From the NCBI GenBank assembly GCA_937892945.1, contig CALBIL010000038.1, forward strand, positions 66,102 to 130,101: a stretch of 64,000 nucleotides of DNA, read 5' to 3'. Shown here piece by piece: positions 1 through 15,189 of this stretch; the stretch's first letter is position 1, and the number at the start of each line of letters is the position of its first letter. The position numbers were made by a program, and so were the translations under genes. Under the pieces are notes generated by a model. The model made no database searches. It was given only the letters and a program-made list of their open reading frames with translations, and was not told the DNA's origin. This DNA is from an uncultured euryarchaeote. GTDB lineage: Archaea > Thermoplasmatota > Poseidoniia > Poseidoniales > Poseidoniaceae.

Positions 1-2916
1 ATCAGCAAGGGTCCAGTTTCCATCAGGGTCGGAGAATCCATCACCATCTGTATCTGCACAACCAAACCGGTCGATGCTTGAAGTATCACGAATGGTCGGG
101 CAATCATCGGGAGTAAGGCCGTTTGGATTCTCTCCAAAGCCATCACTGTCACTGTCTGCCCATTGCGTTGCCTCGTCAGGGAAAGCATCGCCACCCATGT
201 CATATCCCCAAGTGAAATCAGCGTTTGAATAGCCATCGCCGTCTGAATCCATACAACCGAAACGGTCGATGGTTGAGTTACCGGCAACTGAAGGGCAAGC
301 ATCTGGCTGGTTACCCGAAGCATTGTCCCCGTAGCCATCCATATCTGCATCTTCCCATTGCGTAGCATCGCTTGAGAATGCATCCATCAGGTCGTACCAG
401 CCATCGCCATCAGCATCTGGACAGCCAAGTGTATCATCTTGCCAGGAGTTTCCTGAACGGGTAGGGCATGCATCTTGCGTAGCTGCATCCATTACCATTT
501 CACCTGGCCAAGAAGATTTCCGGTCAGTCCATGTAGAATTACCCCAATTGTCGCCAAAACCATCTTCATCAAAATCAGACCATTGAGTCGGATCGTTCGG
601 GAAGTAATCCGCACCGTTTCCGACGTTCCAAGTTGTATCGGAATTTGAGTAGCCATCTTCATCAGCATCAAAGCAACCTAAACGGTCGAGAGTGGAAGTT
701 CCAGGAACGGAAGGACAAGCATCGGGTGTAACGCCTTGGGTATTATCACCAAAACCGTCAGAGTCTGCATCGGCCCATTGAGTGACTTCATCTGGGAAGG
801 CATCATCAGCATTCGACCAACCGTCTCCATCGTCATCAGGACAAGCATTTGAGCCATTAAGAGTCGAATTCCCTGCATCAAAGGGGCAATCATCAGTGGT
901 GTCAGACCAACCATCGCCATCGGAATCGAGGCAACCGGTCGTTCCATCGGTCGAGGTCCCTGCCAGAGTTGGACAATCGTCACTCGCATCATCAAAGCCA
1001 TCTGCATCGTCGTTGAGGTCTTCATCACTGTCTCGGCATCCATCGCCATCGATGTCATTGGTTGCTATATCAGAGATCCAAGTTGGTCGGGGAGGACTAT
1101 AGGAAGTGTATGGGCAATTGTCGTTGATATCGAGGACTTGGTCATTATCATCATCGGAATCTTCGACATCATCTTTGCAACCGTCATTATCCCAGTCCGT
1201 CGAAGCGGATGGGTTGTCAATATCTTGCATACTGGTCCAATTAAATTCACTGTTTCGAGGGCAGAGGTCAGGGTAATTATCGGTAAGACCATCGTTGTCA
1301 TCATCCGAATCACATGCATCACCTAAACCATCATTGTCGGTATCGGCTTGACTCGGATTCGAAACGTTTGGACAGTTATCATCGACATCGACAATGCTGT
1401 CGCTGTCAGAATCTTTCAGTGAAGAAGGGTCAAACACCCACACATATGTATCTCGACCACCGCTTGAAGTCAAAGTAGAGCCATCATGCGTCATCGAACC
1501 TGAATACGAACCTGCAATGGCGATGTAGTCACTCATGTTGACGCCCATGGCCCAAGCATAATCATATAGTGAGCCGCCAATGAGTTCAGTCCAATCAAGA
1601 GTACCTGTCGATGAGAGGCCAACGACAAAACCATCATGGTTCGAAGGAACCATCGTTGTGGCTCCTGCGGTATGTGATGCTGTGAGGTATCCACTGTAGG
1701 CGACAGCACCAGTAGAGGTGACTGCGAGACCTTGAGGCTCATCAGTTCCACTTGAACCTGAAACAAATGCCCAGCTGTTAGAAAATGAAACTGCACTTTT
1801 CGCAACAAACATATCATTTCCGCCATAGATTGCACTCGCAGTCCAACCGCCACTCGAGATGGTCCCTCCAAAGGTGCCTGCAAGGTAGGTATCACCTGCA
1901 GAATCGATGATGATGTCTGTTACAACAGTCTGCTGACCACTGGCACCAATTCCTTTGAGATTGAGTACACTACCCGTGGCATCTAATTCCACAATCACGG
2001 CATCAAGAGTACCGATCGCAAGATAACTCGAGGTCCCCCATTGAGCAAAACCATCTGAAAGGGTTGCTAATTTGATACCGCCAGTTGGAGATGCAACTGA
2101 ATCAATAACACGATTCGTACCAATACCCCCACCACTGACGGCCCAATCAAGAACGCCAGTATTACCTGAGTATTTCGCTACAAAAATTTGAGTATTTGAG
2201 ACATTCAAAGCCAAACCACCGAAATCTGTTTCACCTTGGAACTCACCGGTGACAAAAACATCACCAACCATGTCAATTTCTACATTGTTGACTCTACTGT
2301 ATTCGCCAGAACCATTGACCAAAGTGATGAAGCTGTTGGCCCAAAGCCAATTACCCATTGGATCCGATTTTGCAAAGAATCCTTCATAATGAAATCCAGA
2401 GTTCGTATTTGAAAGAATTACTGGGGGATTACCGACACCAGTTGGAAAAGAAATTTCACCATAGAAATATCCGGTGATCAAGATTTCTCCCCCGATATCG
2501 ACCTTGACATCTGTAAGATAGGAAAGACCGCCAGCACCAAAACTGTGGTCGGCACCAAAGAGGGATTGCCAAGTACCAGTACTGTCAATTGTAGCTAAGA
2601 AGAATTCGCCTGCGTTGTACGGCGAAGTGCGTTGGAGCGTGTTGGTACCAAAAGTCAAAGTTGTATTATATTCAGAGCCAAGGACCCAACCACCGCTCCC
2701 ATCAGGTTCGATATGTGAGGGATCAATACTTTGGGTAGAGGAACCTCCAGAAGCAATGAAGGAATTGGAAGAACCACGTGCTGATGTAAACTCGATGAGC
2801 TCGCTGGCGTCGTCAAGTACCTCATTCGATTCACTCGATTGTTCAAGAACAAAGACGGATGAAAGCATCAAGAATGAAATCAAGACTGCCGAGACGGATG
2901 CAAGTAAAGGGCGCAT
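1..2916 (-). CDS. Large secreted/surface protein (3' truncated by window edge): signal peptide, beta-propeller-like region, then TSP3-like Ca-binding repeats
   Basis: Not in the ORF track because it runs off the edge. ATG at 2916 reads MRPLLASVSAVLISFLMLSSVFVLEQ (hydrophobic leader), then propeller-type repeats (e.g. GEILITGYFYGEISF, FFAKSDPMGNWLWA), then many DxDxDG/WxDxDxDGFGDN/DACP repeats to position 1. Confidence 0.85.
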   Translation of the reverse strand, partial: MRPLLASVSAVLISFLMLSSVFVLEQSSESNEVLDDASELIEFTSARGSSNSFIASGGSSTQSIDPSHIEPDGSGGWVLGSEYNTTLTFGTNTLQRTSPYNAGEFFLATIDSTGTWQSLFGADHSFGAGGLSYLTDVKVDIGGEILITGYFYGEISFPTGVGNPPVILSNTNSGFHYEGFFAKSDPMGNWLWANSFITLVNGSGEYSRVNNVEIDMVGDVFVTGEFQGETDFGGLALNVSNTQIFVAKYSGNTGVLDWAVSGGGIGTNRVIDSVASPTGGIKLATLSDGFAQWGTSSYLAIGTLDAVIVELDATGSVLNLKGIGASGQQTVVTDIIIDSAGDTYLAGTFGGTISSGGWTASAIYGGNDMFVAKSAVSFSNSWAFVSGSSGTDEPQGLAVTSTGAVAYSGYLTASHTAGATTMVPSNHDGFVVGLSSTGTLDWTELIGGSLYDYAWAMGVNMSDYIAIAGSYSGSMTHDGSTLTSSGGRDTYVWVFDPSSLKDSDSDSIVDVDDNCPNVSNPSQADTDNDGLGDACDSDDDNDGLTDNYPDLCPRNSEFNWTSMQDIDNPSASTDWDNDGCKDDVEDSDDDNDQVLDINDNCPYTSYSPPRPTWISDIATNDIDGDGCRDSDEDLNDDADGFDDASDDCPTLAGTSTDGTTGCLDSDGDGWSDTTDDCPFDAGNSTLNGSNACPDDDGDGWSNADDAFPDEVTQWADADSDGFGDNTQGVTPDACPSVPGTSTLDRLGCFDADEDGYSNSDTTWNVGNGADYFPNDPTQWSDFDEDGFGDNWGNSTWTDRKSSWPGEMVMDAATQDACPTRSGNSWQDDTLGCPDADGDGWYDLMDAFSSDATQWEDADMDGYGDNASGNQPDACPSVAGNSTIDRFGCMDSDGDGYSNADFTWGYDMGGDAFPDEATQWADSDSDGFGENPNGLTPDDCPTIRDTSSIDRFGCADTDGDGFSDPDGNWTLAD

Positions 2917-2995
2917 AGCAGAACCACGACGCCTACAGACATCAAACCTTTGCATTCATCGTGCCAAGAAGTCATGGCAAAGTGAACAAAAGAGT

Positions 2996-3295
2996 TCACT
3001 CAAGATTCGTTTCGAGTTGAAGCAAATCACTATCGCCAGCATCAATGATACTGATGGTAGAAACTGAAAATGGCTTGCTGCATGCGATTCCGAGTTCACG
3101 GTTGACGAGGGTTGTACGGAACTTTGTCACTTCAGGGTGATTTGCGTGCAGTTCATCAATAAATTCAGATGGGCAGTTAGCAGCGAAAACGATTAGTTTT
3201 GCTTCACCACGAGCACACGCATCGAGTGCTTGGCGTTGTCCAAATCGTAGGTTTCCAGTTGATATTGCATTCTTTAATTGTCGGTTCAGATCCAT
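2996..3295 (-). CDS. rpl30e: 50S ribosomal protein L30e
   Basis: L7Ae/L30e motifs (TGNLRFG, AKLIVFAANCP, ELGIACSKPF, IIDAGDSDL); canonical position after rpoA2. Confidence 0.93.
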   Translation of the reverse strand: MDLNRQLKNAISTGNLRFGQRQALDACARGEAKLIVFAANCPSEFIDELHANHPEVTKFRTTLVNRELGIACSKPFSVSTISIIDAGDSDLLQLETNLE

Positions 3296-3339
3296 ATTTT
3301 ATTCCTCCATACTCCACATCGTTTCTCATGGGTAGAAAA

Positions 3340-8107
<4,768 letters not shown>

Positions 8108-8111
<4 letters not shown>

Positions 8112-11100
8112 CTTCGGTCCTCCAGTTCAAGACGCATGGCCACACCTAAACTCTTCATTTCGTCTAAGAGCAGCTTGAATGCATAAGAGGTTTGTACTTT
8201 GTAAACTTCAGCGCCATCACCATGGATTGGGCTGACGTAGGTGCGTCGTTTCGGATCGTACCAAGCAATGTGACCAGATTGAGCACAGACATACATGTCG
8301 ATACCATCGGACTCATCGAGCAAGCGGTCTTTGATGACCATGGAGGCTCCGTGGGCAATCAAACAGTCACGTTCCATCTCACCGAATCGGAGACCACCTT
8401 GGCGGGCTCGACCTTCGGTAGGTTGACGGGTTAGAATTTGGACACGGCCTCGAGAACGAGCGTGAATCTTGGAAGATACCAAGTGGTGCAATCGTTGGTA
8501 GTAGATGCAACCAATGAAGATGTCTGCTGGATACACTTCTCCAGTTTCACCGTTAATCATTGTTTCACGACCTGTGTGGGCAAGTCCATTACGAACAAGT
8601 CCATCACGAAGGCTACTTTCCTTTTCACCACGGAATGCAGTCGCATCAATACGACGTCCTTCCATAGCTCCGACCTTTCCACCAATCATTTCGAGAACGT
8701 GGGCAACAGTCATTCGAGAAGGAATTGCGTGCGGGTTAATGACCAAATCAGGTACGATACCATCGGATGTGAATGGCATATCTTCTGGTTCAACAAGGCG
8801 TCCAATGACACCCTTCTGACCGTGTCGTGAAGCGAACTTGTCCCCAACTTCAGGAATCTTGTGACTTCGAACCATTACACGGACCAAGCGACCGGAGTCA
8901 AGTGATTCGGTAACATAGACATTGTCGACATAGCCTTTTTCGCCGTGGCGAACAAGCATTGAAGATTCTCGGCGTTCCTGAGCAAGGAGGAAAGCGCCAC
9001 CTGCAGATTCTTCGAGGAAACGAGGAGGACTTGTTTTACCAACAAGTACATCTCCGCCTTCAAGGTACATCTCAGGCAATGGTAGACCATCGGCTTCCAA
9101 GTGTCGGTAAGCCTCTTCTGGCTTGAGACCCTTGACTTCTTGTAGAGAACTGCCTGGCTTTTCGATTTCTTCGACTTGACCACCAGGGAACCGACGGCGT
9201 TCTGCGTTGTAGGTTCTGTTAAAGGTAGAACGACCAAGAGCACGGTCGATTGATCCTTTGTTGATGATGACAGCGTCTTGCATATTGTATCCGTGAAGAG
9301 ACATAATCGCAACGATGAAGTTTTGACCACCAGGTCGTTCATCGAAGTGAGTTGATTCCATAGCGGCTGTTCGAGTAATCGAAGTTTGTGTGTAGTGCAA
9401 AATGTGAGCACGTGTATCGGGACGCATTCGATAGTTCGAACTTGGGAGACCCAATGATTGCTTAACCATTGCAGTACCACCAGTAACACGAGGAGTTGAG
9501 TTGTGTTCTGGATATGGAATCAAAGAAGCACAAACACCCAACACGAGTTGAGGGTCGATTTCACAGTGTGTATATTCTTCATCATACAACAATGGAACTG
9601 AAACTTCTGCTGATTCCCAAGCACCGTTTGGCATACGAACCTTAGCACGTAGTTGTGCTTCAGTTGCGCCAGGTTCTCCAAGGTTGACCCATTCAACGTT
9701 TTCGTTGGTAAGTGGGCGTCCTTTGAATGGTCCGGATGGAATGGTTTCAGGGAGAACGAATGGTCGAGCAGCGATGAGAAGATCTTCTTCTTCTTCAGCA
9801 TCTACCCATTCAACGACACCGTCGTTAACCAAGTTCTTGAACGTCATTTCACCATCACGGAGTGCTTGGAGGTGTTGACCAGTTAAGCGTGGAGCACCGT
9901 CGTAAAGAACTACCAAAGGCCGCAAGATACGTCCCTTGTCAGTGTTGATGAAGATGTCCTTGTTTTCCTTGTCGTGACGAATAGAGACTTCGGCAGGGAT
10001 TGTTCCACGTCGACGAGCGGATTTGAAATGGCGGACCAAGTTCGTTCCTTTCTTGTGGATACCGTAGATGTCTCCGTTAACGTGAATTCGGTCGCCGGAA
10101 CTCCAGTCTTCAAGTTCACTGTTCACATCAAGTTCATCGAGTTGTTCTCGAACTTCGATTTCACTGATGTGTTCCGAGATGTCAATCATTTGAGCTGCGT
10201 TCTTTACAAGACCACAGTTCTGACCTTCAGGTGTTTCGTTTGGACACAAGCGGCCCCATTGAGTAGGGTGCAGGTCACGTGCTTCGAAGTGAGGTTGGCT
10301 TCGAACCAAAGGTGAGGTGACACGACGCATGTGTGAGAGGGATGCGAGGTAGGTTGTTCGGTCAAGCAATTGGCTGACACCAGAACGTCCACCAACCCAG
10401 TTACCTGTAGCCAATGCGTGCATGATCTTGGAAGTCAAAACGTCAGGTCGGAGACAAGAAGTGATTTTCAATTCTCGCTTACGGTTGTGGTGACGTTCAA
10501 GTTGGTACTTAAGGTCACGAGCAAGTTGACCTGAGGAAACACGGAACAAATCTTCGATAAGGTCACCAGCAAGACGAACACGCTTGTTCGCATAGTGGTC
10601 CTTGTCGTTTGGTTCACGGTTCGTCAAAGCCATTTCAAGAACTTGTCGAACGATACGGCCAAGGAAAATTGCCTTCTTCTTACGGTCGGTCGGTTGGTCG
10701 CCCAAGTGAGGAAGGAGTTCACGGTCAAGTAATTGATTGACACGTTGTTCTCGGTATTCTTTCTGTTGACCTGCTGCGAATTTCTTTTGCAACCATTCGT
10801 GTGCTTCAACCATCGATTGAACAGCATACTCTTCGTTGTCATTGACTTCGTTGAGGTTTGCAACGATGTACTTGAACGTCTCTGTAGGTCCTGCAACAGT
10901 CTGGAATACTTCTTGGTCGTTTTCGATACCAAGAGCTCGCATTAACAAGACAACAGGAATTGCAGTTGTTCCAGCGGTGCTGATTTTGACCATGAGCATA
11001 CCGTCACGGCGCTTTTCAACATTCAACGGTTTGCGCATTCCGTCTTTTTGTGAGAAAATCTTTGCAACTTCAGTTCGCTTTGCGTAGCGCTTGTTGATTT

Positions 11101-11719
11101 CAACAGTAACACGGTTAGGTGCAAGGTCTTCCATAGAGATCAAGACACGTTCTGTTCCGTTGATGATGAAGTAGCCTCCAGGGTCAAGAGGGTCTTCGCC
11201 ACGCTTTCGCAGCAAGTCGTCCCACAATGCGGAATCTTCAGTTGAGGTAGTTGGATACAATTGACGTTCTCCAGCAATGTGCTTTGCGTGAAGGTTACAG
11301 CGAGTCGAACGGACCATAATTGGCATGCTACCAACTTGAACGCCAGTTTCGACTGGAGAAGGTACGCCATTACGAGAAATTTGGAAATCGATGGTAACTG
11401 GTGACATGTAGGTCAACTTTCGTAGTCGGCATTCCATAGGAGTCGATGGGTGCTCTGCACCGTTCGCTTCACGAATGGTTGGTTCGCCGAGTTTAATGTT
11501 CTTCAAACGAATGGTGATGTCGTGATCGACGACGTCGAGTTTGATGTAACCGCCTTCATCATCATGGATTTCTTCATCGGTTCCAACACGGATGTTGCGA
11601 ATGATTTCCTCCATACGAGAGATGGTGTTGTCTCCTGACGGGATACAGTCGTCATAGGAAGCGAGTTGGTGGTTGACGAGGCTACGTTCTTTGAAAAATG
11701 ATTGAATAATTTCTTGCAT
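8108..11719 (-). CDS. rpoB: DNA-directed RNA polymerase subunit B (unsplit Rpo2)
   Basis: GGYFIINGTERV, CPNETPEGQNCGLVKN, GDKFASRHGQKG, RQPTEGRARQGGLRFGEME in one 1203-aa ORF. Confidence 0.99.
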
Positions 11720-11731
11720 ATTAATACCTCC

Positions 11732-12382
11732 TTAGTTACCCTCTACAATAAGTCGATAGGCAACGGTCTTTCCCGCAGATGGTGACTGACGGATTACTTT
11801 CACGACACGGTCGGCAATCCAACCGGCTGCGAGTGGTTTGTGTTCCGGGTCAGCTGCGAGACGTGCGTTATCTGCATTCTCAGCCATTTCCTTAATGACC
11901 TGAACTACAGGGTCTGTGATGAGAATTTTAGGCAACCATTCCTTTGCAATTCGTGGTTCACCGGTTTCATCGTCAGGTTGAATCATTTCCCAAGGAGCGA
12001 GTTCTTCGCTTTCGATAGCGAATTGGTCTTCTACGGAGATGTTTGCTTCACCGACTAATTCATGGTGTGGAACCAAATGGTGGTTCAATGCATTGAAACG
12101 CATGGTGATTTCAGGGCGATCGAAATCATCGATAGCCTTTGCACGAATTGTGATTTTCTTACTCTTCGACTTTGAACGTCGACGAGAACCTTGCTCGGCA
12201 ATAACCGACATGGTGCTAATGAATTGTTCTGAATCTTTGGAAACGCCGAGCGTTGAGGCGACTTCATCGGAAGACATGGCCTTAATGTCAGTCATGTTTC
12301 GGTCTGTTGCTAATTTATGTGCGAACTCTTCTGAAACACCGAGTTCCATGAGTCGTTTCTTTGTTGCGCTTTTTACTACCAT
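11732..12382 (-). CDS. rpoH: DNA-directed RNA polymerase subunit H (Rpo5) with long N-terminal extension
   Basis: C-terminal Rpo5 motifs HHLVPHHE, LPKILITDPVV, VVKVIRQSPSAG...YRLIV; first gene of the operon; 216 aa against about 80 aa typical. Confidence 0.93.
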   Translation of the reverse strand: MVVKSATKKRLMELGVSEEFAHKLATDRNMTDIKAMSSDEVASTLGVSKDSEQFISTMSVIAEQGSRRRSKSKSKKITIRAKAIDDFDRPEITMRFNALNHHLVPHHELVGEANISVEDQFAIESEELAPWEMIQPDDETGEPRIAKEWLPKILITDPVVQVIKEMAENADNARLAADPEHKPLAAGWIADRVVKVIRQSPSAGKTVAYRLIVEGN

Positions 12383-12431
12383 GCTCAGACCCCGATCGAC
12401 CCTACCACTTTGAGCCTGCAGACCAGTCAGG

Positions 12432-12505
12432 CGGGCCTGACGGGGTTCGAACCCGCGACCATCGGATTAAAAGTCCGACGCTCTACCTGACTGAGCTACA
12501 GGCCC
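12432..12505 (-). tRNA. tRNA-Lys (anticodon UUU), CCA not encoded
   Basis: Minus strand GGGCCTGTAGCTCAGTCAGGTAGAGCGTCGGACTTTTAATCCGATGGTCGCGGGTTCGAACCCCGTCAGGCCCG folds as a cloverleaf with anticodon TTT. Confidence 0.97.
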
Positions 12506-12708
12506 AAAATAGCAACTTGGGCTTTTTGGCCGACTTTGATACTGCTCTTATACCTTACGCAAGCACCCTGTGGCTTCGTATCATAGAGGAGTTGATGTAT
12601 TCACCCACATCCCGAATGCATTGAACACCGATTTGAGGCTCGGGTTGCACGATTCGCTCCGATTGGATAGTCATAAAGACTCCCAAAGGTTGGCCCCAAC
12701 TGAACCAA

Positions 12709-14181
12709 ATGCCTGACGATGAATACTTCGGGTCGGATGACACCGAGCAAGAAATTGAACGATTGGGTCGTGTCGCAAAACAACTGATTTGGACCACTCC
12801 CCAAAACCGTAAAATCCACCTGACTGTACCCCCGACAGTATACCCCCCACGAGAGGATACAGATCTTCTTTCACAAGTCGTCCACCAATACCCGGATCCG
12901 AATGGAAAGCGATTCCTGGAAATTGGTTGTGGCTCTGGCGCTGTTTCTCTTTTTGCCGCCCAACTTGGATTCTGCGTCACAGCGTGTGACATCAACCCCT
13001 TTGCCGTTGCGAGCAGTAGGAATTCCGCTCAAGAGAACGGCATAGAAATCGATGTACGGGAAGGTGGACCCGGCCCACAATCCGATGGTGGAACTGAACA
13101 ATGGGCAGGAGAGACGCCTCACGACATCATCGTGTGGAACCTTCCTTATTTGATGCCTGAAAGGAACACGCAGCATCTCGGACCCTTCGAAGAAGCGGCA
13201 TTGCTCGACACCGATGACAAAGGACTCGTCAACCGCCTCTTACATCACCTCAAAACTTCGAATATTCTCGCAACTGATGGAGTCGTGTACCTCCTTGTAT
13301 CGCAGAACGAGAGAGGAAAGGCTGCACGAACACTCTGCCTCCGAAATGGATTTGCAGTTCGAACAATCACCACACATACATTTGATGATGACGAATGTTT
13401 GGAAGTTCTCGGAGTGTGGAGGCCTTTTCAATTTCATTCAAAATCATTGGAAAAGGAAATCAATTCAACCAACACCTCGCTGTTAAACTCGGATGATAAA
13501 GAGGGCAGTTTTTTACAAGCAGGCCGTCAAACAGCAGGCCATGGACGCCGAGGACGCGCATGGTCACATGAAGACATTGCCTTTGCAGGTTCATGGGTCA
13601 TCCATGAACGCTCAACATCTCCAAACCCAGGCCTACTTCAACTTCAAGGCGGCTTAGCTTTGTATGAAACAATCGCGGCACTCACACAGACCACTAACAC
13701 TCAAATTATGAAATGGCCAAATGATGTTCTTCTTGTGATTGATGGAGAGTTACGGAAAGTGGGCGGCATCTTAGTTGAAGGAATAAGTCAAGGTAAATAC
13801 ACACGGATCATTCTCGGCATTGGATGCAACATCTCCGCACAAAAAGTGGAAAAAAAGGGATACTCAATCGCAACACTTCAAGAACTCAATACCGAAATAA
13901 CACTCACTGCTTTCGAATCGGTAATCCAAGCAGCGGTTGCTTCATGGTTTGAGCAGAAAGAGGGGATGAATGAATTGAAACAAAAGTCGATAATTGCCAA
14001 GTATACATCTCTTTTTTCCAAAGGATTACAAGCCCTCGGAGCACCAATCTATAGAGCACAAAGTATGACCTTTGTTGAGACGGAAAGTAAAGGCAGAATC
14101 ATACTCCAAGATCGCATGGGAAACATACATCTCGTCCAAGATGGTGAAGATATTACATGGACAAACTACGCCACAAATTAG
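12709..14181 (+). CDS. Fusion: HemK/PrmC(Mtq2)-like SAM methyltransferase + biotin-protein ligase
   Basis: N-half VYPPREDT, FLEIGCGSG, DINP, WNLPY (NPPY-like); C-half QTAGHGRRGRAW, KWPNDV, KVGGILVE, GIGCN (BirA/BPL motifs). Confidence 0.85.
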   Translation: MPDDEYFGSDDTEQEIERLGRVAKQLIWTTPQNRKIHLTVPPTVYPPREDTDLLSQVVHQYPDPNGKRFLEIGCGSGAVSLFAAQLGFCVTACDINPFAVASSRNSAQENGIEIDVREGGPGPQSDGGTEQWAGETPHDIIVWNLPYLMPERNTQHLGPFEEAALLDTDDKGLVNRLLHHLKTSNILATDGVVYLLVSQNERGKAARTLCLRNGFAVRTITTHTFDDDECLEVLGVWRPFQFHSKSLEKEINSTNTSLLNSDDKEGSFLQAGRQTAGHGRRGRAWSHEDIAFAGSWVIHERSTSPNPGLLQLQGGLALYETIAALTQTTNTQIMKWPNDVLLVIDGELRKVGGILVEGISQGKYTRIILGIGCNISAQKVEKKGYSIATLQELNTEITLTAFESVIQAAVASWFEQKEGMNELKQKSIIAKYTSLFSKGLQALGAPIYRAQSMTFVETESKGRIILQDRMGNIHLVQDGEDITWTNYATN

Positions 14182-14678
14182 TCGTTTGATTCAAGAACTG
14201 CATCAATAGACTCACCCATGCGTTCATCCTTTCTCTTGTAAAAACCGAAAACGACACACACTATACCAAGCGGATAGATAATGAAATCGATGAGTAACTT
14301 ACGGTCGACATCGACAACGAATTCCCCCGAACCTTCAGAAAATTCAACAGTATAGGAATAGAACCCTTTTCCGTCTGCTTCGAAATCGATTGAATTTGAA
14401 TCACCGCTGGCGAGTAAAAATGATTCAGCTAAAACAATGTCTCCTTCTTCGTTGACAATTTCAACAGCCACTGTAGACTCATTTTCGGCCGTAATGACGA
14501 GTTCAATAGTATCACCATTCAACAGTGAGGCACCGTTCGAATAGGGTTCTGCATCTGCATCGAGAGAGTGTGGTGAAACTAAACCGTGGATGAACAATCC
14601 ACCCACCAGAAAAGTCACGCCTAGAAGAATGAATACATCACTCATTTTCATTGCAGGTGCTGCTCCGCCTCCAGACAT
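14178..14678 (-). CDS. Hypothetical membrane protein (N- and C-terminal TM helices around a beta-rich domain)
   Basis: 166-aa ORF with two hydrophobic segments; stop overlaps the neighbouring stop. Confidence 0.7.
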   Translation of the reverse strand: MSGGGAAPAMKMSDVFILLGVTFLVGGLFIHGLVSPHSLDADAEPYSNGASLLNGDTIELVITAENESTVAVEIVNEEGDIVLAESFLLASGDSNSIDFEADGKGFYSYTVEFSEGSGEFVVDVDRKLLIDFIIYPLGIVCVVFGFYKRKDERMGESIDAVLESND

Positions 14679-14717
14679 AGTCTAACGAGTAAGCGAAATC
14701 ACATGAAGGTGATGGTG

Positions 14718-15104
14718 TCAACGATTACGATTTGGCCGAGGCAGGTATAAACGTTCACGAACCAAACGTATCTTACCACTACTGGTAAGGCTACGGACGG
14801 CGTAGTCTGAAAGGGAATTCTCTGATTCAATCAAAAGTCGAACGGCCTGATACGCTGGGTGCGGGATTTCAAGGATTCCAAACCCTCGCGCTTCCATCCC
14901 GCCCAATGCGGAAACCGTAGCCATGGCAACTTCCGAGTCTGCTGGATAGAATTCCATCAAACGGAAGGTTGTAGATTGTTCAATGGATTGAAACAAACTG
15001 GAAAGATGTCCACCGAGTGATGAACGAGACTCAAATTGAGAAGTACATTCAATACCGACCCATCTACGTTTTCCGCGCAGTGCCTTTGTCAAGCGCTTAG
15101 CCAT
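14718..15104 (-). CDS. Rpp14/Pop5-like RNase P protein (divergent)
   Basis: From ATG 15104: MAKRLTKALRGKRRWVGIE resembles Pop5 LPPTLREKKRY; C-terminal LTSSGKIRLVRE resembles VSGTIK. Confidence 0.6.
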   Translation of the reverse strand: MAKRLTKALRGKRRWVGIECTSQFESRSSLGGHLSSLFQSIEQSTTFRLMEFYPADSEVAMATVSALGGMEARGFGILEIPHPAYQAVRLLIESENSLSDYAVRSLTSSGKIRLVRERLYLPRPNRNR

Positions 15105-15189
15105 CGTAGTGAGGACAGACTCCTCCTTCAAGACCTTTGACCGTAAAAACCGTGCATAAACTGAAAATAGAGACACGCGAGGATAGACC

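Noticed and set aside
678-2852. Several short ORF-track entries in the first 2.9 kb
   Set aside because: They are alternative-frame shadows of the long minus-strand surface-protein gene that runs off the window edge.
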